Source: an uncultured Gammaproteobacteria bacterium
GTDB lineage: Bacteria > Patescibacteriota > Microgenomatia > Levybacterales > GWA1-39-11
Direction: 5' to 3'
Assembly: GCA_964511965.1 (NCBI GenBank)
Contig: CAZEGF010000008.1
Location: forward strand, 3,497 to 67,496
DNA length: 64,000 bases
A program made the position numbers and the translations under genes. The number at the start of each line of letters is the position of its first letter. The first letter of the stretch is position 1. Positions 1-8,890 of this stretch are shown piece by piece. Below the pieces are notes generated by a model that was not told where the DNA came from, searched no databases, and worked only from the letters and a program-made list of their open reading frames with translations.

Positions 1-885
1 GGTCATAATATTTTACTCAAGGGTCCACCCGGAGCAGGTAAAACTTTAATAGCCAAAACTATTCCCTCAATACTCCCTCCGCTCTCTTTTGACGAGGCTT
101 TGGAAGTGACAAAAATTTATAGCATTTCAGGACTTTTACAAGGAAAATCAATTCTTCGTGTGCGTCCTTTCAGAAGTCCTCATCACACGACATCTCACAT
201 AGGTCTTGTTGGTGGTAGTGCAAATCCAAAACCAGGGGAAATTTCACTTGCACACCGTGGGGTTTTATTTTTAGACGAGTTGCCGGAGTTTTCAAGATAC
301 GTGCTTGAGGCTTTACGACAACCCTTAGAGGATGGGGTTGTTAGTATTTCAAGGGCTCGCGAGCGGGTTGTTTTTCCTTCTCGTTTTATGCTTGTTGCAG
401 CAGCAAATCCCTGTCCTTGCGGATTTTTTGGGGACAGTACAAAAGTATGTACATGCTCAGCCGGTCAAGTTCTTAAATATCAAAAGAAATTGTCAGGACC
501 ACTTCTGGATCGAATCGATATTCATATTGATGTTCCGGCAGTTAAAGTTGAAAAGTTAGTCGATGACACGAGCGATTATGAGAGTTCATACCAGATCAGG
601 GCAAGAGTTGTTGAGGCTGTTAAGCGTCAACAAAAACGCTTCTTACAAAAAAAGATTATAATGAACAGCGAAATGTCTTCTAAAGATCTTAAAGAACTAT
701 TGCTATTAAAAGATGATGCAAAAGAGATTATGAAAAATGCGATGAAAACACTTTCTCTATCCGCTCGTTCGTTTAATAAAGTTCTTAAAGTTTCCCGAAC
801 CATTGCTGATCTTGAAGGAAAAATTAAGGTAGAATCTTCACACATTTTAGAAGCTCTTCAATACCGCCCAAAAACGTTAGACTAA
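1..885 (+). CDS. comM: Mg-chelatase-like AAA+ ATPase ComM/YifB family, C-terminal portion (5'-partial, enters window in frame 1)
   Basis: Translation from nt 1 reads GHNILLKGPPGAGKTLIAKTIPSILPP (Walker A), continuing into the listed 100..885 ORF. C-terminal domain and Cys-rich region are typical of YifB/ComM. Confidence 0.75.
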   Translation, partial: GHNILLKGPPGAGKTLIAKTIPSILPPLSFDEALEVTKIYSISGLLQGKSILRVRPFRSPHHTTSHIGLVGGSANPKPGEISLAHRGVLFLDELPEFSRYVLEALRQPLEDGVVSISRARERVVFPSRFMLVAAANPCPCGFFGDSTKVCTCSAGQVLKYQKKLSGPLLDRIDIHIDVPAVKVEKLVDDTSDYESSYQIRARVVEAVKRQQKRFLQKKIIMNSEMSSKDLKELLLLKDDAKEIMKNAMKTLSLSARSFNKVLKVSRTIADLEGKIKVESSHILEALQYRPKTLD

Positions 886-887
886 AA

Positions 888-1745
888 ATGCGAAAGACTT
901 TTATATTTCTTTTTTATTCATTCTTTCTCCTTATTTTAGGTAGAAATCTTCTTTTTATTCCGGTTGTGTCTATCGGTGGAACTACAAAAGCAAAAGATAC
1001 TGAGGCAATTCGTCAAGATGTTGTAGATTTACTCAAAGACAAAAAAGGAGAATTTAATGTTTGTTATACAGATCTTATTACAGAAGATTCATTTGGAATT
1101 CATCCTGATACTGTGCTCACCGGTGCGTCCATGAACAAACTTCCTGTTGTTGGATACCTCTACTTTCTAGCCGGAAAAAAGGAAATTGATCTTCAAGAAA
1201 CAGTAGTAATACAAAAATCAGACATCCAGGATTATGGAACCGGAGTGATACGTTACGAAGAGCCTGGAAAAACCTACACTCTTCAATATCTGGCTCAACT
1301 CGCACTTCAAAAATCAGACAACACAGCAGCTCACGTTTTAAATATTAGGCTTGGTGAGGATAATATTCAAGCATTTGCATTTAATTTAGGTATGAGTGCG
1401 ACTAATATGGTTGAAAACGACACATCTTGTCGCGATATCCAGACATTTTTTAAGAAATTATTTGCAAATAAAATAGCGCCGGAAGCACTCACAAAAGAAA
1501 TGATGGGATATATGGAAAATACCGATTTTGAGGATAGATTGCCCCGATTTTTACCACGGAATTTGCATGTGTACCACAAAACAGGAGATGGGGTTAACTT
1601 TATTCACGACGGTGGAATAATATCTAATGGCAATACACCATTTATATTAATTGTGACCTCAAGCAATCTAACGGATGAGGAAGAGGCGAAAGTAACGATT
1701 GGGAAAATTGCTGAAAAAATCTTTTTAGACCGCGGAAAGAAATAG
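888..1745 (+). CDS. Class A beta-lactamase-family serine hydrolase with N-terminal signal peptide / TM anchor
   Basis: Ordered motifs SxxK (ASMNK), SDN (QKSDNTAAH) and KTG (YHKTGDG). Hydrophobic N-terminus. Confidence 0.7.
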   Translation: MRKTFIFLFYSFFLLILGRNLLFIPVVSIGGTTKAKDTEAIRQDVVDLLKDKKGEFNVCYTDLITEDSFGIHPDTVLTGASMNKLPVVGYLYFLAGKKEIDLQETVVIQKSDIQDYGTGVIRYEEPGKTYTLQYLAQLALQKSDNTAAHVLNIRLGEDNIQAFAFNLGMSATNMVENDTSCRDIQTFFKKLFANKIAPEALTKEMMGYMENTDFEDRLPRFLPRNLHVYHKTGDGVNFIHDGGIISNGNTPFILIVTSSNLTDEEEAKVTIGKIAEKIFLDRGKK

Positions 1746-1778
1746 ATTCTCATATGATTGTTATTCTTCCTTGAAGAA

Positions 1779-1802
1779 AACATCTTCCTTCGGGAAGATG
1801 TT
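1779..1802. terminator. Perfect 10-bp stem hairpin with UUCG tetraloop (aacatcttcc-ttcg-ggaagatgtt) just downstream of the beta-lactamase-like gene
   Basis: Inverted repeat read directly from the sequence. No clean U-tract follows, so calling it an intrinsic terminator is tentative. Confidence 0.45.
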
Positions 1803-1917
1803 ATATAATACCTTTGAGTTGTGTTTCTGCACCTCAAAAAAGCTTTTAAGGATGCGGAAACGCTCCTTGAAAACCTGCAAACACTCACCAAGCCCACATA
1901 GAAAGTAGGAATGTCTC

Positions 1918-3105
1918 ATGTCTGTCAGGTCGAAAAGGTCTATCCCGTCGATTGTGATGCTCATCTTCGCTCTAGCGATGATCGCGCTTGCTCTTATACA
2001 AGCAGACGATTCAGTTAGCGCGGAGGGTTCATCCGGATCCCAGGCGTCTCTTGGCGCCTCCATGCCCAACCACCGATATGTCGTAGGACTAGCTGCGGAT
2101 AGTGCAACTGGATGTTCTCAAGTCCAAGCGCAATCCGAAAGTATCGTTGCATCCGACCTAGTGTCGGTTAGTGCGATAGCGCTGGATCCAAAGGTCATAG
2201 ACCAGCTCATCGCCGACGGTAAAAACGCCGGAACGGTGGAACTGATTGTTGGAACTGTTGATGACTGGGTCACTGCATGGCGTGAGGTATATGGAAGCGC
2301 ACAAGTACAAGCCGCCGCACAAGCCCTTACAGGATGCACGACTGCAACAACTTCGCCGACACCTACCTCAACAGGTACTACCACGCCGACTAGCACTGTC
2401 ACCCAAACGGCTACATCAACACCTTCTGTGAGCCCGACTGCTACGTCAACAGGGACGGTTACACCGACCCCTACCAGTACCTTAACAACCACAGCAACAG
2501 CGACTAAGACAGGGACGACGATCCCAACATCCACGAGCACAGCAACTTCTGTGCCTGGAGTAACGTTGACTCCGACTCCGTCGCCGACGGTGCAAGCTTC
2601 GCTTACTCCGACTCCCACTCAACCGGGGGTTTCGCCGAGTCCTAGTCCAAGCCCGTCTCCGACCCCAACGTCAACACCAACCAGTACACCAACGCCTACT
2701 CCCGACCCCTGCACTCACACAGAGGGAACGACGTGGGTAGCGTCTAATGGTGATGCGTTGACATTAACATTCACTACATTTTGTGCGGGGGACACCGAGA
2801 ACTTCAATCTTGTTCTGCATGACGTTGCCACCAGCGTTGGTATCAACTTCACGATGGACAGATCACAGATCCCTCGGGGTGCCAATCCGGAATATACACC
2901 GATGACGCAGGATCCGTCCTGCCCTACGGCCGGAAAGTGCTGGAAATTCGTGTTCGTCGCACAATCTAACGCTCCCTGCGAGGAGAGCTTCAGTTGTACG
3001 GGAGCTCCAGTTCCCGACACGACGAAGCAACGGTTCAACATCAACATGTTGATTACGACCAGTTCGGGAACACGGACTTTCTCGATAAGGATCCCATTTT
3101 TCTAG
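1918..3105 (+). CDS. Secreted protein encoded in the high-GC island: signal peptide, N-terminal domain, roughly 110-aa Thr/Pro/Ser-rich linker, C-terminal roughly 130-aa domain with 8 Cys
   Basis: N-terminus MSVRSKRSIPSIVMLIFALAMIALALIQA is signal-peptide-like. Linker TSPTPTSTGTTTPTST...PSPSPSPSPTPTSTPT. Cys spacing suggests a disulfide-rich module. No recognisable catalytic motif. Confidence 0.6.
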   Translation: MSVRSKRSIPSIVMLIFALAMIALALIQADDSVSAEGSSGSQASLGASMPNHRYVVGLAADSATGCSQVQAQSESIVASDLVSVSAIALDPKVIDQLIADGKNAGTVELIVGTVDDWVTAWREVYGSAQVQAAAQALTGCTTATTSPTPTSTGTTTPTSTVTQTATSTPSVSPTATSTGTVTPTPTSTLTTTATATKTGTTIPTSTSTATSVPGVTLTPTPSPTVQASLTPTPTQPGVSPSPSPSPSPTPTSTPTSTPTPTPDPCTHTEGTTWVASNGDALTLTFTTFCAGDTENFNLVLHDVATSVGINFTMDRSQIPRGANPEYTPMTQDPSCPTAGKCWKFVFVAQSNAPCEESFSCTGAPVPDTTKQRFNINMLITTSSGTRTFSIRIPFF

Positions 3106-3127
3106 AGTGTTTGCAGTCCAACGGTGT

Positions 3128-3147
3128 CGAGGGGGTAACTCCCCTCG
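3128..3147. terminator. GC-rich hairpin (cgagggg-gtaact-cccctcg) between the convergent island gene and rpe
   Basis: 7-bp G/C stem read from the sequence. No U-tract on either strand. Confidence 0.35.
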
Positions 3148-3157
3148 GCACCCCGAC

Positions 3158-3799
3158 TCATTCAATGAGTGAGGCTAATTTTTTAAATTCTTCTTCCGGG
3201 TTACCACTTTCATATATTGCACTTGTCGTAACAAATCTATTTGCTCCGGCATTTTTTGCCTCAACTATTGTTGTTTCATTTATTCCCCCATCAACTTCGA
3301 TTGGTAAATACGGATATTTTTCGCGGATCTGTCTCACTTTTTCAAGCATTTCGCCTTTAAATTCTTGTCCGGAAAAACCGGCTTTAATTGTCATAATTAG
3401 CAGACAATCTAAATCATTTAAATTAATGTTTTTTATAACGTCAAGACCCGTTGGACCATCAATTGCAAGCCCAACTTCTCCGAGTAATTGTCCTTGTGCA
3501 ATAAATTCGATAGGATCGGGCATTTTTTCGACCTGTCCAATAAAACGTCTAAACCCGGCATCAGCCCATGCTTTAAGCTGGTTAATTGGATCATTAACCA
3601 TTAAATGAACTTCAAACAAAAAGTCTTTTGTAGTATTAGAAAATTTTGAAGCATCTGAAAATGTTATGTTTGGTGCAAACACACCATCTACGACATCGAT
3701 ATGAATCGTTTTTGCGAGCGGCTTAATAATTTGAATCCTTCCTTCAATCTCTTCCCAATTTTTATTTTCCGTCCCAGGACTTGGAATTACCTCATTCAT
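3158..3799 (-). CDS. rpe: Ribulose-phosphate 3-epimerase
   Basis: TIM-barrel Rpe signatures: IHIDVVDG, HLMV, EVDGGIN. Length 213 aa. Confidence 0.85.
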   Translation of the reverse strand: MNEVIPSPGTENKNWEEIEGRIQIIKPLAKTIHIDVVDGVFAPNITFSDASKFSNTTKDFLFEVHLMVNDPINQLKAWADAGFRRFIGQVEKMPDPIEFIAQGQLLGEVGLAIDGPTGLDVIKNINLNDLDCLLIMTIKAGFSGQEFKGEMLEKVRQIREKYPYLPIEVDGGINETTIVEAKNAGANRFVTTSAIYESGNPEEEFKKLASLIE

Positions 3800-4295
3800 T
3801 ATTTTCTATAACTGAAATTTTCTTTATTCTTCTTGCGTGTCTTTCTTCATGAGAAAATCCAGTTTCTAAAAACGCTTTAACAGCTCCATAGGCGGTTTCA
3901 TCATCTAAAAATCTAACTCCCAAAGACAAAATGTTGGCATCATTATGAAGTCGTGCCAATTTTACCATTTCAAATATATCATCACTCATGCGCCCTGATA
4001 TATCGGCGGCATGAACTGGAGGCGTTGCACTATAAAAAAGTGCAGAGCGGACCCCCTTAAATTTATTAGCTACCATATTTTCCGCTTGACCTGACCCGCC
4101 AAAAATAATTGCTTTGTCTTCCGGATTTTCTGAAACTTTTTTAGCAGCAAGTTTTATAAAATCCGGATAATCATCGTCAGGATTATAATCGGTAGCCCCG
4201 CAGTCCTCTACATCGTATCCGTCAACCGTAAGTCTGCTTTTTATAAAATTTTTTAACTCAAGGCCGGTATGATCGGTTGCAAGATAGACTTTCAT
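3792..4295 (-). CDS. rpiB: Ribose-5-phosphate isomerase B (RpiB/LacAB family)
   Basis: MKVYLATDHTGLELK N-terminus, GGSGQAENMVANK, conserved C-terminal His/Arg region. 167 aa. Confidence 0.85.
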   Translation of the reverse strand: MKVYLATDHTGLELKNFIKSRLTVDGYDVEDCGATDYNPDDDYPDFIKLAAKKVSENPEDKAIIFGGSGQAENMVANKFKGVRSALFYSATPPVHAADISGRMSDDIFEMVKLARLHNDANILSLGVRFLDDETAYGAVKAFLETGFSHEERHARRIKKISVIENNE

Positions 4296-4297
4296 GA

Positions 4298-5272
4298 TTA
4301 TATTTGTTCTGCGGTAAGTTCTATTTCTGAATTTTTTTGTTCCATTTCGTCTAATTTTAACTGACCTGTATGCGCGCCAACATGTGACATAACTCCAAGC
4401 GCATTAAGAACTCCCCATTTCATGCAAATTGAAATTTCTTTTCCTTGCACATACGCTGCCAAAAAAGCAGCAGCATACGCATCTCCTGCTCCTGTCTTTT
4501 CGTGCCCCTCAGGTTTTAGTGTTTTTATTTTATATACTCTATTTTCATTGTCTACCGCATATGCACCCTCTGCCCCATCAGTAATTGATAAAAGTTCAAA
4601 TCCATTATTCTTTAAATTTAGAAGTAGGTCTCTTTTATCTTCTATGTCATTTCCCGAGAGTGTTTTGTTAATAATCTTTGCTTCTTCCATATTACAAAAA
4701 AGCATTTTTGCCTGGTGCACCGTTTTAATAAAAGTTTCATTTATATTTTTCATTTGCTGGGAACCGGGTGAAAATGCAATAGGAATGTTATGTGTCGACG
4801 CATACGAAAGTACTTTGTCGTATGCGCTTTCCCATGTTTTACCTAGCGACGTTAAAAAAATGTGAGATGGGATTTCTCCAACTTTGGCTTCATCAAATCC
4901 ATGATCAAATTCGGGATGGTGAGAAAAGATTGTTCTGTCTTGAGTAAAATTAAAAATAAGCGATAAGGGCCCGGTTGCAGAAGTTGTTGTATCATAGCAA
5001 ACGGAAATTCCTTCCTCAGATAATCTTTGAGAAATATATTTAGAAAGAGCATCCTCACCAAGGTATGTATAAAAAAGATTAGGAATCGTAAGCTTTTGAA
5101 GTGCAGAAGCCACATTGGGTCCATTTCCTCCGATTGAAAATGTCTTTATATCAACAGGAACCTTGTCGCCAAGTGCAAAGGAAGCCCGACTTCCCTCAAT
5201 TGTAATATGGGGATTATTTTCAAGAGCGACAATCACATCAAACAAAGATGACCCAATTACTAATACTTTCAT
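4298..5272 (-). CDS. PfkB-family carbohydrate kinase (ribokinase-like)
   Basis: C-terminal GAGDAY anion-hole motif and N-terminal GG dipeptide region. Adjacent to rpiB and rpe. Confidence 0.7.
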   Translation of the reverse strand: MKVLVIGSSLFDVIVALENNPHITIEGSRASFALGDKVPVDIKTFSIGGNGPNVASALQKLTIPNLFYTYLGEDALSKYISQRLSEEGISVCYDTTTSATGPLSLIFNFTQDRTIFSHHPEFDHGFDEAKVGEIPSHIFLTSLGKTWESAYDKVLSYASTHNIPIAFSPGSQQMKNINETFIKTVHQAKMLFCNMEEAKIINKTLSGNDIEDKRDLLLNLKNNGFELLSITDGAEGAYAVDNENRVYKIKTLKPEGHEKTGAGDAYAAAFLAAYVQGKEISICMKWGVLNALGVMSHVGAHTGQLKLDEMEQKNSEIELTAEQI

Positions 5273-5352
5273 ACAAACATTGTATACTTGCGCTCTTTAG
5301 GAATGCAACTCAACTTGATTCTTATTAAAACACTTTGATATCTATTTACCTG

Positions 5353-5381
5353 TTGCGAATTTGAAGGGTGATTACTATAAT
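5353..5381 (+). promoter_or_regulatory. Sigma70-like promoter: TTGCGA-N17-TATAAT
   Basis: -35 at 5353-5358, 17-nt spacer, -10 TATAAT at 5376-5381. Lies in the divergent region between the pfkB-type gene and the PBP1A gene. Confidence 0.5.
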
Positions 5382-5419
5382 ACTAATTTAACAATAGATA
5401 ATACTGTTAAATTAGTATT
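5379..5419. promoter_or_regulatory. Perfect 15-bp inverted repeat (aatactaatttaaca-N11-tgttaaattagtatt), candidate operator overlapping the -10/+1 region
   Basis: Exact reverse-complement arms read from the sequence. They overlap the TATAAT box. Confidence 0.5.
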
Positions 5420-5514
5420 CATTTGCTTTGCAAATGTAATCCTTATTTAACAAAAAAATTGTAATAGAATTCTGCCCTCAGTACGTCATTATTAAAAAAA
5501 CAATTGGAGGGCCT

Positions 5515-7887
5515 ATGGCTTTTTTTAAATTTTTATTTTATATAGTTCTTTTTATCCTCATAAAAATTGGGGATATGGTCTACTCGGTTATCCAATCTTT
5601 GCTCTCAATTATCCTCTCTCCATTATCTTATTTCTCATCAAATATTCTCGGTTTTAAAAAATTACTGTCAAAAATAGTTGTTAAAAAGGAAAAACGAATA
5701 TACAAAAAAAACAAAACTATAAGTCGTAAAACAGGACAAAGTTTCGTATTATTTTCGAAAATTGATACTTTTTTTACGACATTACCTGCATTTGTATTTA
5801 AAGAGTTTAGCATATTTCTCTTATTTTTAGCCTCAATTCTTTTTATTCCGGTAAAACTTTTACTAAAACTAAAGCTTCCGAAAAGAAAAAAACGAATAAA
5901 GCAGAAACGATTGGTTATAACAAATAACCCTTCTTTCATTTTTAAATTTAAATATCTTGTATTGGGTACGATACTGGCATGTATTTTCTTTTTTATTCCT
6001 GCATTGTTTTTTCTTTTTCTATCAGATTTGCCAAAGTTGTCAAATCTTTCTGTTAATTATGTTCCAAAGACAACAAAAATTTTGGATCGGAACGGGAATT
6101 TGCTTTATGAGATTTATGCAAATCAGAACCGGACAATTGTTAGACTTGATAAGATTCCAAAAAAATTGCAGGAAGCAACTATTGCTATTGAAGATAAAGA
6201 TTTTTATAAACATGACGGTTTTGATTTGAGAGGAATTCTGCGGGCAATTTACATAGATGCAACAAAGAAAGAATTGCAGGGAGGCTCAACAATCACTCAG
6301 CAACTTATAAAATCAGCTTTGTTAACACCGGAGACTACAATTACTCGAAAAGTAAGAGAATTAATCTTGGCATTTTGGGCAGAGCAAAAGTATACAAAAA
6401 ATCAAATTTTAGAACTGTATTTTAACTACGTGCCATACGGGGGAACAGCATGGGGCGTTGAAGCTGCGAGTCAAGTATATTTTGGTAAAGATGTCTCAAG
6501 CCTTACTCTTTCTGAAAGTGCTTACCTTGCTGGCCTCCCACAAGCTCCAAGTCTATACTCACCATTTGCAGGGGATGGGAATTTAGGCAAGAGAAGACAA
6601 AAAGAAGTTCTCGCTTCGATGGTTTCTGAAGGGTATATTACAAAAGATCAAGCTGAGCGTGCCTACTCTGAAAAATTGGTTTTTGCCTCATCGCAAGTAC
6701 CTATCCAAGCTCCTCACTTTGTCATGTATGTAAAAGATTTACTGATTAGAAAATATGGCTTATTTGAGGTAGAAAGAGGTGGACTTCAAGTAACAACTTC
6801 TCTTGATATAAATACGCAAAAAATGGCAGAAGAGGTAGTCTCTGATGAAGTTACTCGTGATGGATACTTAGGAATAGGAAACGGTGCAGCTCTGGTAACA
6901 AATCCTCAAAATGGAGATATATTGGCGATGGTTGGAAGTAGTGATTATTTTGATACGGATCATGATGGAAATGTAAATATAACCACATCGTTAAGGCAAC
7001 CTGGTTCAACTATTAAACTTATTACATACGCTTTAGCGCTTTCTAAAGGGTATACTGAGGCCTCAATTCTTGAAGATAGTCCACTTTCAATACCAAATCC
7101 CGGTGGTCAACCATATACACCGGTAAATTATGATGGAAAATTTCATGGAAAAGTACCGCTTCGTATTGCATTTGCTAATTCATTTAATATCCCGGCTGTA
7201 AGGGTAGCACAAAAAATGGGGGTTGATGCGATAGTTGAATTTGGAAAGCAAATGGGAATATCCTCCTGGGGATCTGCTGATAATTACGGTTTATCAATCA
7301 CACTAGGTGCAGCTGAGGTTACTATGAAGGATTTAGCAACCGCATATGGGGTTATAGCAAATGGAGGAAACCGCGTCGATTTAGACCCAATCCTTTTGAT
7401 AACTGACACGGATGGGAAAGTCATTTCAAAAAAAGAGGCTAAAGAAACTTCTGTTATTGATGCTGGAATTGCATATATCATCTCAAATATTCTTGCGGAC
7501 GACCGGGCACGAAGCATCGAATTTGGTACAAATTCTCCCTTAGTAATTCCAAACCAGAAGGTATCAGTTAAAACTGGAACGACTGACAACAAGAGAGATA
7601 ATTGGACAGTCGGCTTTACTCCGGATATCCTTGTTGCAACATGGGTTGGCAATAACGACAATACTCCACTTTCACAAGCTCTAGCCTCCGGAATTACCGG
7701 TGCTGCCCCAATGTGGCATAGAATTATGAGCAACATGCTCGCAAGCAATGGAACGCAGGAATTAACAATGCCAGATGATGTAGTTGTTAAAAATTGCTTT
7801 GGGTACGATGCTTATTTTATTCGTGGAACCGAATCAAAAGATTCTTGTCGAATAGCTATTCCTACTCCAACTCTCACACAACAATAA
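5515..7887 (+). CDS. Class A penicillin-binding protein (bifunctional glycosyltransferase GT51 / transpeptidase), PBP1A-like
   Basis: GT51 motifs EDKDFYKHDGFD and GGSTITQQL. Transpeptidase SxxK (GSTIK), SxN region and KTGT (VSVKTGTTDN). Unusual roughly 180-aa hydrophobic/Lys-rich N-terminal extension. Confidence 0.85.
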   Translation: MAFFKFLFYIVLFILIKIGDMVYSVIQSLLSIILSPLSYFSSNILGFKKLLSKIVVKKEKRIYKKNKTISRKTGQSFVLFSKIDTFFTTLPAFVFKEFSIFLLFLASILFIPVKLLLKLKLPKRKKRIKQKRLVITNNPSFIFKFKYLVLGTILACIFFFIPALFFLFLSDLPKLSNLSVNYVPKTTKILDRNGNLLYEIYANQNRTIVRLDKIPKKLQEATIAIEDKDFYKHDGFDLRGILRAIYIDATKKELQGGSTITQQLIKSALLTPETTITRKVRELILAFWAEQKYTKNQILELYFNYVPYGGTAWGVEAASQVYFGKDVSSLTLSESAYLAGLPQAPSLYSPFAGDGNLGKRRQKEVLASMVSEGYITKDQAERAYSEKLVFASSQVPIQAPHFVMYVKDLLIRKYGLFEVERGGLQVTTSLDINTQKMAEEVVSDEVTRDGYLGIGNGAALVTNPQNGDILAMVGSSDYFDTDHDGNVNITTSLRQPGSTIKLITYALALSKGYTEASILEDSPLSIPNPGGQPYTPVNYDGKFHGKVPLRIAFANSFNIPAVRVAQKMGVDAIVEFGKQMGISSWGSADNYGLSITLGAAEVTMKDLATAYGVIANGGNRVDLDPILLITDTDGKVISKKEAKETSVIDAGIAYIISNILADDRARSIEFGTNSPLVIPNQKVSVKTGTTDNKRDNWTVGFTPDILVATWVGNNDNTPLSQALASGITGAAPMWHRIMSNMLASNGTQELTMPDDVVVKNCFGYDAYFIRGTESKDSCRIAIPTPTLTQQ

Positions 7888-7890
7888 ATC

Positions 7891-7918
7891 AGTGATTAGT
7901 AATTAGTGATTAGTAAAT
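7891..7918. repeat. 7-nt-period tandem repeat, 4 units (agtgatt / agtaatt / agtgatt / agtaaat)
   Basis: Read directly from the sequence. The reverse-complement family occurs at 47732-47766. Confidence 0.8.
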
Positions 7919-7938
7919 AGTTTTGGCATAATAAAACT

Positions 7939-8304
7939 GTGAAGATTGTTAACCCTACCGCGGTTTTTGGCGAGGATGAAGCTTGTAAATTTCTTATAAA
8001 GAAGGGATACAAAATCCTTGAGCGCAATTTCCGTAAAGGGTATGGTGAGATTGACATCATCGCTCTAGATGACAAAACTCTGGTGTTTATAGAAGTAAAA
8101 ACCCGTTCTTCAAATAAATACGGAACTCCTTTTGAAGCTATTTCTCCCAATAAGTTGAGGCTTCTTATTAAAGGCGCAAATTATTATAAATACGTTTTGC
8201 ATCCAAATCTGACGGATGATATGAGAATTGATGCTATTGGAGTAATGGTATGGGGAAATGAAGTTCTATCAATTGAGCATTTAGAAAATATCTCAGGATT
8301 TTAA
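7939..8304 (+). CDS. yraN: YraN-family (UPF0102) predicted endonuclease
   Basis: About 120 aa with the GEDxAxxFLxxKGYKIL-ERN-(R/F)xxxGEIDIIA pattern typical of UPF0102. GTG start as listed. Confidence 0.65.
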   Translation: MKIVNPTAVFGEDEACKFLIKKGYKILERNFRKGYGEIDIIALDDKTLVFIEVKTRSSNKYGTPFEAISPNKLRLLIKGANYYKYVLHPNLTDDMRIDAIGVMVWGNEVLSIEHLENISGF

Positions 8305-8885
8305 GTTAGGTTAAGCGTTTCAAGAACTTTTTGTAAAGACTGTTCTCTATTCAATAAAAACGTATTAATTACCAAATCATAGTAACCCCTATTCATATAT
8401 GTCCAATTTGTATCGCCATTTGCATATAATCTTTGCCATTTTTCAATATCATTTTTTTCCCGTTCTATTACTTCTTCTTTTGCTTTTTCTACTGAAATTT
8501 CCTCACGATTTACTAATCTATCTATTCGTATTTGGGTTTGATCATTACCATGCTCGTCCTCACAAATAACGAGTATCTTAAAAATTCCATCTACTCCTTG
8601 AGCATTAAATCCAGCAAGCTTAGTTTCTAAGATTATATTTTTGTCCTCCCTGATAATCTTTTTAAGTTGTTCATCAAATAATAAATCTTCCTCATCTGGT
8701 CTTAAGCTCGTATCTTTTGGGGCAAGCTGCATATGTTGTCTAACAGCCTCCCAGAATATTTCTCCTCCTTCAATGTGTTTCCAGTCGAGATATTGGGCAA
8801 GTCTTTTCGCTAAGGTAGTTGATCCAGAAGCAATTCTTCCAGAAACAGCGATTATTCGGATAGAGCCTAGATCTTTTGGATTCAT
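8301..8885 (-). CDS. Cytidylate-kinase-like P-loop (d)NMP kinase; the Walker A Lys is replaced (GRIASGSTT)
   Basis: N-terminal P-loop-like IIAVSGRIASGSTTLAKRLA plus an NMP-kinase-like fold. The atypical Walker A lowers confidence in the exact activity. Confidence 0.4.
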   Translation of the reverse strand: MNPKDLGSIRIIAVSGRIASGSTTLAKRLAQYLDWKHIEGGEIFWEAVRQHMQLAPKDTSLRPDEEDLLFDEQLKKIIREDKNIILETKLAGFNAQGVDGIFKILVICEDEHGNDQTQIRIDRLVNREEISVEKAKEEVIEREKNDIEKWQRLYANGDTNWTYMNRGYYDLVINTFLLNREQSLQKVLETLNLT

Positions 8886-8890
8886 AAAAA

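Larger units (their letters stand above)
1850..3150. other. High-GC compositional island 1 (about 55-60% GC against a ~35% background) carrying one gene
   Basis: Abrupt shift in base composition and codon usage between about 1850 and 3150. Ends at a GC-rich hairpin at 3128..3147. Confidence 0.7.

Noticed and set aside
332-845. Short ORFs 332..559(+) and 627..845(-) inside comM
   Set aside because: They are alternative-frame or antisense ORFs within a well-supported CDS.
2118-2618. A 166-aa minus-strand ORF and other antisense ORFs (2246..2431, 2715..3047, 2863..3165) inside high-GC island 1
   Set aside because: They are Val/Gly-rich mirror translations of the Thr/Pro linker. High GC suppresses stop codons, and there is no independent coding signal.
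1850-3150. Integron gene-cassette interpretation of the two single-gene GC islands
   Set aside because: No attC-like imperfect palindrome was recognised at the 3' ends. The cassettes are not adjacent to the tyrosine recombinase and are 36 kb apart.
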